Assembly: GCF_009914755.1 (NCBI RefSeq)
Contig: NC_060931.1
Length of the DNA stretch: 64,000 nt
Direction: 5' to 3' (one strand)
Source: the human T2T-CHM13v2.0 reference genome, Homo sapiens
In this document: piece after piece, positions 1 through 12,855 of the stretch
How positions within the stretch are numbered: position 1 is the stretch's first letter
Layout of the letters: each line of letters opens with the position of its first letter
The notes under the pieces: generated by a model
What the model was told of the DNA's origin: nothing
What the model saw: the letters and a program-made list of their open reading frames with translations, nothing else
Database searches by the model: none
Program-made: the position numbers and the translations under genes

Positions 1-1477
1 AGTTTCTTTCAGCAGAGTCACAAGTGTAGTGCTGGTCTCGGTGAGGAAGGACTGCAGTTCTACGCAGTAGTTGGGCAGCCCAAATACTCATGAAGAAATT
101 TGGAGGAGACTTTATCTCCTCCTTACCACCACTGCGTACACAGCTGCGGTTTCTCCCACAGGAACTCGGCATGGGTCCGCCCATACGTAGCCTTTCCGGA
201 GCACTTAGAGGTGACTGCATCCCCACAACATGAGTGCCCTCCAAGCTCAGGCTTGTATGAGGAGTACAGTAACAATCTCGCTCTACAAGGAACATCAGCA
301 TTCCTGAATCTGGAAAGAGGCACCTATCTGATATGAATAGCCAGAACAATGAGACAAGTGCATAATGTGGAGGCAGACAGCTTTCTTACTGTTCTGAAAG
401 AGGAGAGGAGGTGGCTTTCTCCCTTCCCCTCAAAAAGACCTGAATGTATTTCAATGAGTGCTCCCCCAACCACCACTGTCAAGGCTGTGAACTTTTCCCA
501 CCATTGAGGTATTGAATATATCCACCTACTTCAGCCACAACAAAATTTTAGCCTTGGCCACCTCCTACTAAACCACGGACCGGTTTCCAGTTTAGTTTTC
601 ACCAGGTTGATGCCAAACTCGTTAACCCGGTGAAAACTAAACTAGAAAAAAATTTTAAAAGTGTACACCACTGGGAGATAAGATAAGCTTCATGATACCT
701 CTGCCTTTCCAGCCCCACAAGAGACAGTGAGCCTGTTCACACACCAAGGACATTGTTAATACAACCAGCATCAGAGAAAGCCATCACAAAATGATTATCT
801 ATAACCAAGGAATTAATACAGAGTCTCTACCATGGAAAGCATTCAGAGCCAAAGCTAGGTCAACATAAACTGTACATTAAAGTCACATCTTCAAAGGAAA
901 AAATATTTTTAAAGAAACCCAGTCAAATCAAAAATAAAGTTAAAAAAATAAGAAATAGTCTACTCAAATAAGAAGTAACCAGCAATATGAAAAATCAGCA
1001 ATATGAAAAATCAGAACTTCTGGAAATGAAAGATACATTTTGGGGATTACAAAATATAGTGGAAAATTTTAACAGTACAGTAAACCAAGTAGAAGAAATA
1101 ATTCCAAAGCTTGAAGACAAGGCTTTCAGATTAACCTGATCAGACTAAAATAAAGAGAAAAGAATTAAAAGAAGTGAACAAAGTGTACAAAAAATGTGAG
1201 ACTATGTAAAATGTCCAAACCTAAGAATCATAGGTCTTCCTGAAGGAGAAGATAAAGCAAAATGTCTGCACAACCTATTTCAGAAAATAAGAAAAAGTTA
1301 TTTGGTCTTGCTAGAAATTCAGACATGCAAATACAAGAAACTCAAAGAACTCCGAGGAAATTCATTGCACAAATGACATCACCAAAGCATATATCATCAG
1401 GTTATCTAAAGTCAATGTGAAGGAATGAATTATAAGAGCAGTGAGGAAAACCACCAGATAACTTACAAAAGAAGCTC
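1..1477 (+). mobile_element. Host LINE-1 (L1PB4-like), part 1: 5'UTR and decayed ORF1, interrupted by provirus
   Basis: ORF1-type sequence (TGTAAAATGTCCAAACCTAAGAATCATAGG, CAAATACAAGAAACTCAAAGAAC). It reads straight into 10285 once the provirus is removed (ACTTACAAAAGAAGCTC|TATCAGAATAACAGCAGATTTC). Subfamily inferred from the 3' end at 24.5 kb. Confidence 0.85.
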
Positions 1478-1973
1478 AGTTGGAAGTAAATGCTCAGTGC
1501 CGCAAAATGAAACCTGCCCTCAGGCAAAAGTTCTTTTTCAGAAAGGCAATTTACTTCTGCAGAATGGTGCTGCCTGTGTCAATCATGATAACAAGAGCAC
1601 ACTGAACAAAGGAGGGAAGGGGTTTTTATTTCTGAGGTGTAGTTCCTACATCTGTGTTACTCCCCCATGGGCTGGTGTTAAACCGCACAGTCTAAGCTGA
1701 CCCAATTGGCTATTTGCGAATATTTTACCCAAATAAGGAAGTGGGAAAGGGAAAGTGAGTTACAGTGGTTGGATGTGCAGTTTTGGTGGGAGGAATGGGT
1801 ACAGAGTGAATAACCAAGGTAACAGATGTGAGTTATTGATTAGCACTGATGAGAAGGTTGTTTATAGTAACTAGGGGCAAGGAGGCACGGAGAACAAGAA
1901 AGTTAGGTTTGAGAACAAAGAACAAGGAATTAACAGGATGAACCTTTGAAGAGGAATTTTATTGTATCCTAGA
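1478..1973 (-). repeat. 3' LTR (LTR10-like) of provirus
   Basis: Colinear with 9789-10280; roughly 13% different by my manual alignment; preceded on the minus strand by the PPT. Confidence 0.93.
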
Positions 1974-1986
1974 ATTCCCCCCTTCT
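1974..1986 (-). other. Polypurine tract
   Basis: Minus strand AGAAGGGGGGAAT directly before the 3' LTR. Confidence 0.85.
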
Positions 1987-1989
1987 AAT

Positions 1990-3946
1990 TTTTATAGTTC
2001 TTCCTCTTCAAACCTTTTTAACATATCTTTGCTTTGTTGTTCAACTTGATCCTCTAAAAGGAAAAGCTTATCTGAATAAGGTGGAGGAGAACTAAGAGAA
2101 GTTTTAGTAAGTGCCATTTCTACAAGCCTTTGTACTAGCCCATGGGTGTATGGTATAATACAACACCCAACAAGAATGAGTACACCTATTATGACTTCAA
2201 GAGAAGTGAGAATTGAAGCCGCTATTCCTTTCCATTACTGAACCATTTTTCTAGTCATCCTGAAAAAGGGTTATCGACTCCAGAATTTCTAGCTAGTTCA
2301 TTGGATAAAGTGGTAAGTCCTTGTGAAGGCTTTGTTATGTTTTCATCAGGGGCAGTATTGTTTGGGATGAAGGTACAACACTGAGTTTTAGTCATAACTC
2401 AAACTCCACATTTTCAGCTAACATCATTTCTAGGGCTACTGTGTTTTCCCAAGCCATTTGGCTAACAGGCCCTAATTGCTTGGCTATTACTTTGACAGCA
2501 TCTCTAGTGTAATTAATAAATCACTGTTGGTTATAATAGATTTAATTTATCTGGTCTATATTTTTATTAATAGTTACCCATGGAAATACTGATTCAAATC
2601 CTACAGCTATTTGGTCTCAGGCTTTGAGTTTATTAGGTACTCCCTGTGGGACTTCAATTACATCCAAATAAACTTCAGAGTCAAAAGACCCATAGGGGCT
2701 TTTCTTATTTTACAGTGTTGTGATTTTTCTTTATCTGGCTAATGAAATATCAGGGTGAAAGGGATAGTCAATTGGACAAGAACGCAAGTGCCGCTCCAGT
2801 TACTTCACAGAGTATCCAGTAAGGGTCTACCATAATACCACCATACATCCACTTGAGGACGTCTAACGGTAGACTGATAGGTAAGCTCTTAGAAGGGCTT
2901 AAGCTCATTACATCTCATTAAGTTTTCAAGGAACGCCAAGTTCTCCCCTTGTCATGAGAGACATGAGGTGAAATTGACGTTGGGAGATGGAAGCTGGATG
3001 GCCCTCGGGGGCCGATCCGCAGGGTGTTGGACTTCGGGATATAGCAGAGAGAGAGCTTGGCATGATTTATTGTCCCAAGCCATAGAATCCTGTGGGAGAG
3101 CTTTCATGCAGCCCATGTGTGCTCTACTGGGAGACCATTCAAGTGGAAAGGGGACAATCTGGGCCTCTGGAGGCCGTGCACACAAGCATAACAATTGCTC
3201 TTGTTTAATGTGTGGATGGAATATTTGATTCATTCCAACCAGGAATTTATATGTTGATATACTGTTTCAATTGTTAAAGTTTACCTTAGATAATTTACTT
3301 CTACAATATTTGCTTTAGTATTATCATTGGATATAGAAGGGATGGCCATCTGATTAGAAGAAAGCTCAGAAGGAGAAGAGAGGGAAGGGGGCAAACAGGA
3401 TGAGGGATTAATAAAAACACATTTCAAAAGACCCTATGAGGTCTGTGCCAGGAAAGTTGGCTCCTATGCCATAGAAGTGACTCAAAGTAGGGCTAGGGTC
3501 GGTAGACGTGGTAATGAGAATAGAAATTTGCACTGGATTCTTTCTTTAGTAAAGTGAATGCATGGTTTTAAGGATATACAACCACCTGTAGATGAGGTCC
3601 AGCCTTGATACTCGGTTGTCCACAGAACATCATTCCAGCTATGACAGATCTGTTTTCCTGCATTTGTTAAGGCGCAAGAGTCTTGGTAGGTGGAGTCTGT
3701 TATTTTAAAGGGGCAGAGATACTTTTCTGAGGCTGAGAGTTACCTCTGACTTTGGAGATCTCTATAGGTTATGACTAAACAAGCATCAAACATAATAACT
3801 TGGGGTGAGTTTGATTTAGTTACATTGATAACAAGGTGGTCAGCAATAGAAAGGGCAAAGAAGAAAGAGTAATAAAATAGATGGAAGAGTGTTAAACTTT
3901 TTTTAGCTTTAGTTTGAGGGAGTATTCCCCTGTGATAATGGCCCAT
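1990..3946 (-). pseudogene. env: Decayed retroviral env
   Basis: Signal-peptide-like LTLFHLFYYSFFFALSIA (ORF 3740-3994). TM immunosuppressive-domain-like SQMAWENTVALEMMLAE followed by KTQCCTFIP at about 2365-2465. Frameshifts and stops; ends approximate. Confidence 0.85.
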
Positions 3947-6900
3947 GACTCCTGAGGTGGTGGTGCTTTCTTGACTCGGGTGTGAAGGGTCCATCCTTTT
4001 CCTGCTGTCTGGACTGCAGTTTCAGTAGTTAGAAGTACCAGGTAAGGCCCTTCCCAGGCCAGCTCAAGTTTTTCCTCTTTCCACGTTTTGATGAGGATGT
4101 GATCCCCAGGCTGATGTTGATGCATCGGAAACTTCAGAGGTGGCGCCTGTGCTAGGAGACTTTTGGTTTTAAGAAAACAGAAAGCAGAGGAGAGACCAAG
4201 TATATAATTCCTGAGGAGTTGCTCTTTCATTTTAAACGTAGAGATGTCAGCAGTGGAGTGTAAATAAGGCAATCCATAGAGCATCTCATGAGGAGAGAGG
4301 CCAATATCTTTCTGAGGAGCAGTTTGGATTCTTAAGAAGGCAACAGGAAGACATTTTGTCCATGGCAACCAAGACTCTAGAACTAATTTGGTTATGTGGC
4401 TCTTTAAGGTTTGATTCATCCTTTCTACTCTCCTTGATAAAGGTGGGTGCCAAGGAGTATGATACTCTCATCTAATGTCTAGTGCTTAGGATAACTTTTT
4501 AATGACATACACTGTGAACTGGGTTCCATTATCTGAGTCAATATTTTCTATTAGTCCAAACCTGGGTACTATATTTTCAGTTAATGCTTCAACTACATTA
4601 TTGGCTATTGCATTGGAAAAGGGAATAGCTTCGACCCAGTGAGTGAGGTGATCTACTATCACTAATAAGTACTTTAGATGAACTATTGGGGGCATTTCAA
4701 TATAGTCAATTTGAACACTTTGGAATGGTCTTAGGCCTGGATCCCTCCCCCCAGGTGTGATTTTTTAATAACTTGTTTGTTGGTTTTCTTACATATTAAG
4801 CAACTGTCTGTAACTTTTTTGGCTAGGGTATAAATTCCTATACACCCATAAACCCTGAGAACTGCATCACACATGCCTTGGGGTCCCCAGTGTGTCCCTT
4901 GATGCAAGTGAGACAAGATTTCTCTCATGAGGGGTTTGGATAGCATTTCTCTTTGATCTGGTAACACCCATTTTCCTTGTGAATTTTCTTTGGCTCCTAT
5001 TCTTATTAATTTTTCCTTTTCTGTAGCAGAGAAGACAGGGGTTGCAGCAAGGGAAGGAAGACAAGGAGTTAAGTGAGAGATAGGTATTTCAGATGAAACG
5101 GCAGCGCGTTTGGCTACTTTATCTGCAAGGCTATTTCCTTGACTTGTAAAGGAAAAGTCTTTCTTGTGTCCAAGTACATGTACAATGGCCATTTCTTCTG
5201 ACAGCTGAAGATTGTTTAAAATATGGACAATTAGCATTTCGTGGGCAAGATTTTGGCCTTTACTATTAATAAGACCTGGCTTAGCCCAAATTTTTCCAAA
5301 TGTATGTGCTACTCCAAGACATACTTAGAATCAGTATAAATAGTTCCTTCCTTGTTTTGTAAGCATTTTAAAGCCTGGCTGAGTGCAAATAATACACAAG
5401 ATTGGGCAGACCAACTGTTGGGCAACCTCTTTGATTCTGTTTTTTCAATAGTTTCTCCATCAATTACTGAATACCCATTATGCCTTTCTCCTTTATTTAC
5501 TTGGGAGGAACCATCTATAAATAAGTGTTGCCCTGTTTTGAAAGGAGTTTCTCCTAGATCTGTCTTGACCTTTGTTTGGTGGTCAATTAAATCTAGACAT
5601 AAGTAATTTCTTTTTAGATTTGGGTCTCCTGTCAAGAAACCTGCTGGGTTGAGTGAATTATCAGTAGTCAAGGTTAAATCATCTTTTTCTAGTAAAATGG
5701 CCTCATATTTTAAGATTCTGGAGTCACCTTTCTGCTTTTTGATTTAAAATTGCTCTAATTTGGTGGGCTGTTTTTACAGTCCATTTCCCCCCAAAAGTTA
5801 ATTTTCTACTTTCTTCAATTAATATTTCTGTAGCTCAATGGATTGGATGCATTGAACCCATCCATATGTGACTGGGTCCAAAACTTTTGATAGTAAGGCT
5901 ACAGGCTGCCAGCGGCCACCATGTTTTTGGGTAAGCACCCCCAAAGCTACTCCATTATTTACATTAACAAAACGTGGAATGGTTTTTCTAGGGAAGGGAA
6001 GGCTAGGGCAGAGGTGGTTATGAGCCTTTCTTTTAGTTCTTCAACCTGATCGCCTTCCTCAGACATCCACAGGAGACGGTCAGGTTGTTCCTGGGCAAGT
6101 TTTTGGTATAGAAGTTTACTGTTTAGTGCATATGAGTCAATCCATAAGCAGCAGTACCCAACTAACCCTAAAAATTTGCTGAGTTCTTGCTTAGTTTGGG
6201 GTAAGGGTAAGGACACGAGGCCTTCAACTCATTCAGGCCCTATTCTTCGCTTACCTGCACTTATTAAGTGGCCTAAATATTCAACTTTGGGCTCCATATA
6301 CTGAAGATTTCCCTTTGAAACTCATAACCCCTCGAACTCCAGATGGTTAAGCATATGTGTAGAGAAGCCAGCTGCTTTCTCTATATCCTCACCAGATATG
6401 AGAATATTATCCATGTACTGGAGCAGGCATATTTGATTTGGGACAGCCACTTTTTTCAACACTTGTTTTAAAATTTCACCATAAAGGTTTGGGGAGTCTG
6501 TAAACCCTTGAGGTAAAACTGTCCATCGATACTGTTGTTTATGCCCCTGAATGGGGATCCTCCCACTCGAAAGCAAATATGTCTCAGCTGTCTTCAGCCA
6601 AGGGGCATGCCCAGAAGGCATCTTTTCAATGTATTACTGTAAACCACTGATGCTTATATGGAACTTTCCTGAGAATGGTGTATGGGCTGGGGACAACAGG
6701 ATTCATAGTTTGGACTATATGATTGATGGCTCTGAGATCTTGTACCAGTAAGTATGACTGGTCTGATTTCTTGACTGGCAATATTGGAGTGTTATAAGGG
6801 GACATACAGGGTTCAAGAAGCCTATCTTTGATAAGACTTTCAATTATGGCCTTTAACCCTATTCTTTCCTCTAGGGGAATGGGGTATTGTTTCCTCCTTA

Positions 6901-6950
6901 CCACTTCCCTGGGGGTTTTTAGCTTGATGTGGATTGGAAGGATTCAGAGT
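3892..6950 (-). pseudogene. pol: Decayed retroviral pol (RT, RNase H, integrase)
   Basis: RT SPYNTPILPVKK, LPQGF and QYMDN (degenerate YxDD); RNase H FIDGSS and YTDSKY; integrase HQGTH..CLIC, VDHLT..DSDNGT and WEGPY. Split over at least 7 ORF fragments. Confidence 0.95.
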
Positions 6951-7381
6951 ATCCCTCAGTTTCCTTCCCTTGAACAGACATTGGGGTTAATATGTTTTTC
7001 ATTTGCAGTAGTGAGTAGGTTTAATGAAGTAAGGAATCATTTAGGGCTAACTTATAGACCTATACCAAATTTTAGGATTTAAGTCTCTTCCTAATAGATT
7101 AATTCCTGTTTCAGGAATCAACAAAAAATGGATATGAGTTAATCAATCTTGTGATTTAACCGTACTTTCTATGACTTTTGCTTGAAATCCTTGTCGTTTT
7201 AACCCAGAGACCAAAGTTCTTTTGAAGAACAGGCAATGTTGGATGGAGGGAAATAAACAGAGGAGTGAGCCACCCCTGAATCAACTAAGAAGGTGATAAA
7301 CTCATGTTTGGGTCCCACGTCTAAATTTATCAAGGGCTCTTGGTAGGACTTGAGGTAAAAGAAACAGAGCCCCTGACCCCC
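6951..7381 (-). pseudogene. pro: Decayed retroviral protease
   Basis: Minus strand TTCTTAGTTGATTCAGGG = FLVDSG active site near 7275-7292, downstream of the gag TAG. Boundaries approximate. Confidence 0.8.
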
Positions 7382-9084
7382 CTATTCTTCCCCAAAAGTC
7401 ATGAGTGGAAGGGCTTCTTTTCCTTTTCTAATTCAGGATATTCTCTCTTGAAATGGTCTGTCCTTCCACATTTGTAGCACCTATCCTGTCCTTCTCTCTC
7501 GGTCCTGGGATTCTGCCACTGTGCCCTCCCCCCATATTCTGTAGAGGGGCTGGTAAAGAGGGCCTGGGTAATCTAGACAGTCGCTTGGGTGCTTTAAATA
7601 GGGGTCTGGACCCTTTATAGTTTCTGGCCCCCTGGAAGCTTTGTTTAGAAGCATGTGGGTTTGAAGCCACCTGTAGGAAAGTGGATACCATAAATTTTGC
7701 CTTTTGTTTCTGCTTCTCTTTGTCTTTTCTCACATACACTTTTTGAGTTTCTCTGAGAAGTTCACTTAGTAGTCGGTTCTCCTAATCTTCTAATTTTCAT
7801 AACTTTCTTGAAGTATCTGGCCAACTTTTAGTTATGAAGTGGAGCTTTAACATTCCTTGTTAAGGGGATCTTCCAAATTTAGGCCTACATATTGTTTCAT
7901 TTGATCTGTTAGTCTGTCTAGAAATTTCATAGGCCCTTTATCTTTTTCCTGTTATACATCAAGTGCTTTAGAGAGGTTTTGGGTTCGGGGTACCGATTCC
8001 CTAATTCTCTTCACTATTATTTCCCTAGGTATTGCATATTTTCCTGTCAAGCTGCATTATTATTGTCCCACCAGGGGTCTTGGGCAGGAAACTTTTCATC
8101 TGCAGTAGGAATGTTTTGATCAAGAGGGTGTTCACATTCCCAAATTGCCATAATAGCCCTATGGATCATGCTTCTTTCCTCCCCTGAAAAGAGGATGCCT
8201 AGGATGAACATTAACTCGACCCAAGTGTACAACTTAGGTTCCCAAAATTGATAAACTGGATCTGCCACCCCATAAGCGTCATCCAAAAATGGCTTAAGTT
8301 CCTTTTTTAAACTTTGGAATTCTTGACCTGGTTAAGGGAGGATTCACAAAGCCAATAGCTCCTCCTCCTTGTGGCACCTCTTTTTAGGGGAAGAGAGTTG
8401 AGGCTGACTCCTTAGGTGTGGAGGGAAGTGGGACAATTTGAATATCGTTTTTACATTGTTCTATCCCATGATGGAGTCTTTTGGGGAAGGGTACTTTGGC
8501 TGAGAAGAAATAGGTTCATGGTATAAGATTCCCAACAATCTGGATTGTAAGGAGGAGGAATAATGTGAGCAGGGGAGGGATCTGGAGTTTGAACTGGGAC
8601 AGCAGTGGCTGCCTGAGGGGAAGGGTTAGGAGAACTGAGCGAGGGAAGATGGTCTAGAGGATCCCATGTGCTGGATTCTTTAGGCCCAGGAATTGGTTTT
8701 TTTGACTCTTAATTTTGATGTTCTTGATTTAATTTTTCCCTAATTGTCTTTAAGGGAAAAAGGAAGATAGGTCCCTGCCTCCAACAAAGAGCACAGTCCA
8801 GTTATTCCTGAGAAACCAGACTTTTATCACTTACATGTTGAATTAGAAGTTGGCACATCACATCCTCATTTGACCCAAACTTTGGCCAGAAGATTGAAGG
8901 TTTGAGGATGGGTCCCTGAGTCCAAATAAAACAGCAATATTTTATCACTTGTTGCTTTTTCTTATGTTTAGTTCTCTCATTATCTTTCCAATATTTTAAC
9001 ATGAGTCCTAGGGGACTATCGGGGGAATATCTTTATTACTATCTTTATCCTTTTTATTCTGTCTTGCTTGGGGGTATTTCCCAT
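7382..9084 (-). pseudogene. gag: Decayed retroviral gag
   Basis: ATG GGA AAT (MGNT, myristoylation-type start) at 9084; PPPY late domain at 8547-8558; zinc knuckle CYKCGRTDHFKREY (last Cys lost) near 7436-7486; TAG at 7382-7384 followed by GGGGTCAGGG, a gamma-type readthrough context. Confidence 0.9.
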
Positions 9085-9765
9085 ATTGGGTCCAGTTAGG
9101 CTCAATCCCTCATGCTAGAGACTAATTGCCTATCTGTCTCTGAAGGCTTGCTGGGGCTCAATCCCTTGTATTAGAGATTTCTTGCCTATTCTTCCCTTGG
9201 GGCTTGTTAAGGCTCAATTCCTCATATTAGAGATTTCTTGCCTATCCTTTAGCCCCACCCACTGGAGGCTCCTTGCACACTTCTTTTGCTTTGTCCACTC
9301 TGGCCCCTTCCTCAAGGGGAATTTAAGTGCCTGTTGGCATTGGTGTGCCTGTATAAACCCCATGGCAGGATCCGCCCTAAGCCGTATGAGGTGACCATGG
9401 AGCCACTGATAGGACCCACTCACTCTGCAGAGCAGTAGTGCTTAGAACCATTCACACAAGCAGCACCACAAGCAGTAGTGCTTGTGATCATTCACACACA
9501 CTTTCAACCTCCAGAATATCCCAACCACCAAGGAAATACTTTGTCACCTTGTGACGTTTCTTACCTTGGTCTGTGCACAGAGTTACCTGGTTGCCGTGGT
9601 GTTGCAAGCCTTTTCCTCCCCATGTTGTTGAGGGTCCGGGTTTATTTGTCACACCAGTTGGTGGGGGGGACCTGATCCCTCACCTTGAGGCCACCACAAC
9701 GAGGCAGTGGGATGTGCCTCCTCATGAGAGGTGACCATAGACCCCTTCCCCAGGGGAGAATGGGA

Positions 9766-9783
9766 ATCCTGGACAAGCCCCAA
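9766..9783 (-). promoter_or_regulatory. Primer-binding site, tRNA-Pro
   Basis: TTGGGGCTTGTCCAGGAT matches PBS-Pro TGGGGGCTCGTCCGGGAT at 15/18; two differences are CpG decay; 5 nt after the 5' LTR. Confidence 0.85.
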
Positions 9784-9788
9784 GAAAT

Positions 9789-10280
9789 TATTGGAAGTAA
9801 ATGCTTGGTGTCGCAAAGTGAAACCAGCACTCAGGGAAGTTTTTTTCAGCAAGGCAATTTACTTCTGCAGAAGGGTGCTCCCTGTGTCAATTATGATTGC
9901 AAAAGCACACTGAACAAAGGAGGGAAAGGCTTTTTATCTCGGAGGCGTAGTGCCTACCTCTGTGCCACTCTCCCATGGGCTGGGGTCGAACTGCACAATC
10001 TAAACTGACCCTATTGGCTTCTTGTGAATATTTTTCCTAAATAAGGAAGGGGGAAGCGGAAGGTGAGTTACAGTGGTGGGAAGTGAAGTTTTGGTGGGAG
10101 GAATGGGTGCAGAGTGAGTAACCAAGGGAACAGATGTGAGTTATTGATTAGCTCTGACAGGAGATTGTTTACAGTAACTAGGGGCAAGGAGGTATGGAGA
10201 ACAAGAAAGTTACGTTTGAGAACAAAGAACAAGGAAATTAACAGGCTGAACTTTGAAGAGGAATTGTATTGTATCTTACA
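9789..10280 (-). repeat. 5' LTR (LTR10-like) of provirus
   Basis: Begins TGTAAG on the minus strand, pairs with 1478-1973, flanked by TSD GCTC. Confidence 0.93.
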
Positions 10281-12855
10281 GCTCTATCAGAATAACAGCA
10301 GATTTCTTTGCAGAAACTTTACAAGCTAGACAGGTTTGGGGACCTATCTTTAGTCTCCTCAAGCAGAGTAACTATCAGTCAATAATTTTATATCCAGCAA
10401 AACTACATTTCATAATTGAAGGAGACATAAAGCCTTCTTGGACAAGCAAATGCTGGTAGTATTTGTCACCACCAGTCCAACCTTACAAGAAATGTTAAAT
10501 GGAGTTCTAAATATTAAAACCAAAGGTGAATATGCACCAGTATAAAAACACCTGAAAGCATAAGGCTCACGGGAATTATAAAATAGTAACACATTGAAGA
10601 AAATAAAGCAACTAAATAACAATCAACAGGATGATTGTAACTGTACCTCACATATCAATATTAATGTTGACTCTAAATGGTCTAAATTATCCACTTAAAA
10701 GACATGGATTGGCAGAATGAATTAAGAAACCAAAACCAAGTATCTGCTGTCTTCAAGATACCCATCTAAGTTGTAAATATTTTTATAAACTCTAGGTAAA
10801 AGGGTGAAAAAAATGCTTAATACAAATAGAAACCAAAGATGAATAGGAGTAGCTATTCTTATATTGGATAAAGATGACTATAAAGAAACAATAGTAAAAG
10901 AAAAGACAAAGATAATTATTATTCTATAATAATTTAAAAATCAATTTAACTAGAAGATATAACAATAGTAAATATGTATTCTCTAACTCCAGAGCTCCCA
11001 GGTTCATAAAACAATTAGTACTAGATATAAGAAAAGAGATAGACATCAAAGCAATAATAGTGGGGGACTTCAACACTATACTGACAGTAATAAACAGATC
11101 ACTAAGGACAAAGGTCAACAAAAAACACTAGACTCTAGAACAAATGGATCCAACAGACATTTACAGAACTTTCTACTACAAAATTGCAGAATAAAGATTC
11201 TTCTCATCAGCACATAGAAATTTTCCAAGATAGACCATATGACTGGCAACAAAAAACAAGTCTCTGTAAGTTTTAAATAATCAAAATCATATTAAGTATA
11301 TTCTACCATCAAGCAAAATAACACTAGAAATTAATTCCAAGGGGAAACCTAAAAAACATACAAATAAATGAAAATTAAACAATTTGCTCCTGAGTAATAT
11401 TTGGGTCAACAATGAAATCAATATGAAAATTTAAAAAAATTTCACAATTAATAATAACAGCCACACAAGTTATTAAAATCTCTGGGATTCAGCAAAAACA
11501 ATACTAAGATGAAAGTTTCCAGCACTAAATTCCTACATCAAAAAGACACAAATACCACAAATTGACAACCTGACTTCACACTTCAAGGAACTAGAGAAAT
11601 GAGAAAAAAACCAAACCCAAAGCTAGAAGATGAAAAGAAGTAACAAAGATCAGAACAGAACTAAATGAAATTGAACCCCCCCAAATAAAAAGGATCAAAA
11701 TGGTGCTTTAAAAGATATGCAAAACTGATAAACCACTAGATTGATTAACCAAGAAAAGATTCAGTTAAGCTGAATCATGAATGAAAATGGAGACATTACA
11801 GCTGATATCACAGAAATATAAAAGATTATTTGAGGTTACTATGAACACCTTTATGCACACAAAATATAAAGTCTAAAGTAAATGAATAAATTGCCAGAAA
11901 CATACAATCTACTAAGCATAAATCAGGAATAAATAGAAATCCTTAAGCGACCAATAACTAGCAGTGAGATTGAATCAGTAATAATAAAAATATATCTTCC
12001 AACAACAACAAAAGTCCATGACCAGATAGATTTACAGCTGAATTACACCAGACATCCAAAGAAGAACTTGTACCAACCTTATTAAAACTAGTCCAAAAAA
12101 TTAAGAGGAAGGGAATCCTCCCTAACTCATTCTACAAAAACAGTATCATCATAATATTAAAGCCAGGAAAGGACATAACAAGAAAAAAAAAGAGAAAACT
12201 ACAGATTAATATTCCCAATGAACACAGATGTAAAAATCCTCAACAAAATATTAGCAAACTGAATCCAAAAGCACATCAGAAAGATAATTCACCATGATTA
12301 AGTAGTTTTCATCTCAGGGATGCAGGGGTGGTTCAATATGTGCTAGGCAGTAAATGTGATTCACCACATAAATGGAATGAAAACAAAAACCAAATGATCA
12401 TCTCAATAGATGCAGAAAAACATTTGATAAAATCTACCATCTCTTTGTAATAAAAACCCTAAACAAACTAGGCATAAAGGAACATATCCCAAAATAATAA
12501 AAGCCATATCAACCCACAGCCAATATCGTGCTGAATGAGGAAAGGTAGAAAACATTCTGCTCTCAGAACTGGAACAAGACAAAGACGTCCACTTTCAACC
12601 CTTCCATTCAAGGTAGTAAAAGACTTCTAGATTTGATAAACGAATTCAGTAAAGTCTCAGATTACAAAATTAATGTACACAAATCAGTAGTACTGCTACA
12701 CACCAATGACCAAGCTGAGAATCAAATCAAGAACTCAATCCCATTTACGGTTCAACAGTTACAAAATCAATAAAATACCTAGGAATATACTTAAACAAGG
12801 AAGTGAAAGATCTCAACAAAAAGAACTATAAAACACTAATAAAACAAATCATAGA
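10281..12855 (+). mobile_element. Host LINE-1 part 2: ORF1 end and ORF2 endonuclease/RT, decayed
   Basis: TATCTGCTGTCTTCAAGA, GGGGGACTTCAACAC and ATCTCAATAGATGCAGAAAAA motifs; internal deletion near 12615 removes the FADD region. Confidence 0.9.

Larger units (their letters stand above)
1478..10280 (-). mobile_element. Full-length class I (gamma-like, ERV1) endogenous retrovirus, HERV-IP10/LTR10 type
   Basis: Two ~495-bp LTRs, 4-bp TSD GCTC (1474-1477 and 10281-10284), PBS-Pro, PPT, and gag-pro-pol-env remnants in order on the minus strand. Family call rests on the LTR start TGTAAGATACAATACAATTCCTCTTCAAAG plus PBS-Pro. Confidence 0.93.

Noticed and set aside
3892-4419. 175-aa integrase C-terminal ORF as a co-opted gene
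   Set aside because: Only the longest fragment of a frameshifted pol; catalytic core is split and there is no independent evidence of constraint.
1425-10008. Two similar plus-strand ORFs (1425-1700 and 9685-10008) that look like paralogous small proteins
   Set aside because: They are antisense translations of the two LTRs; the similarity is only LTR identity.
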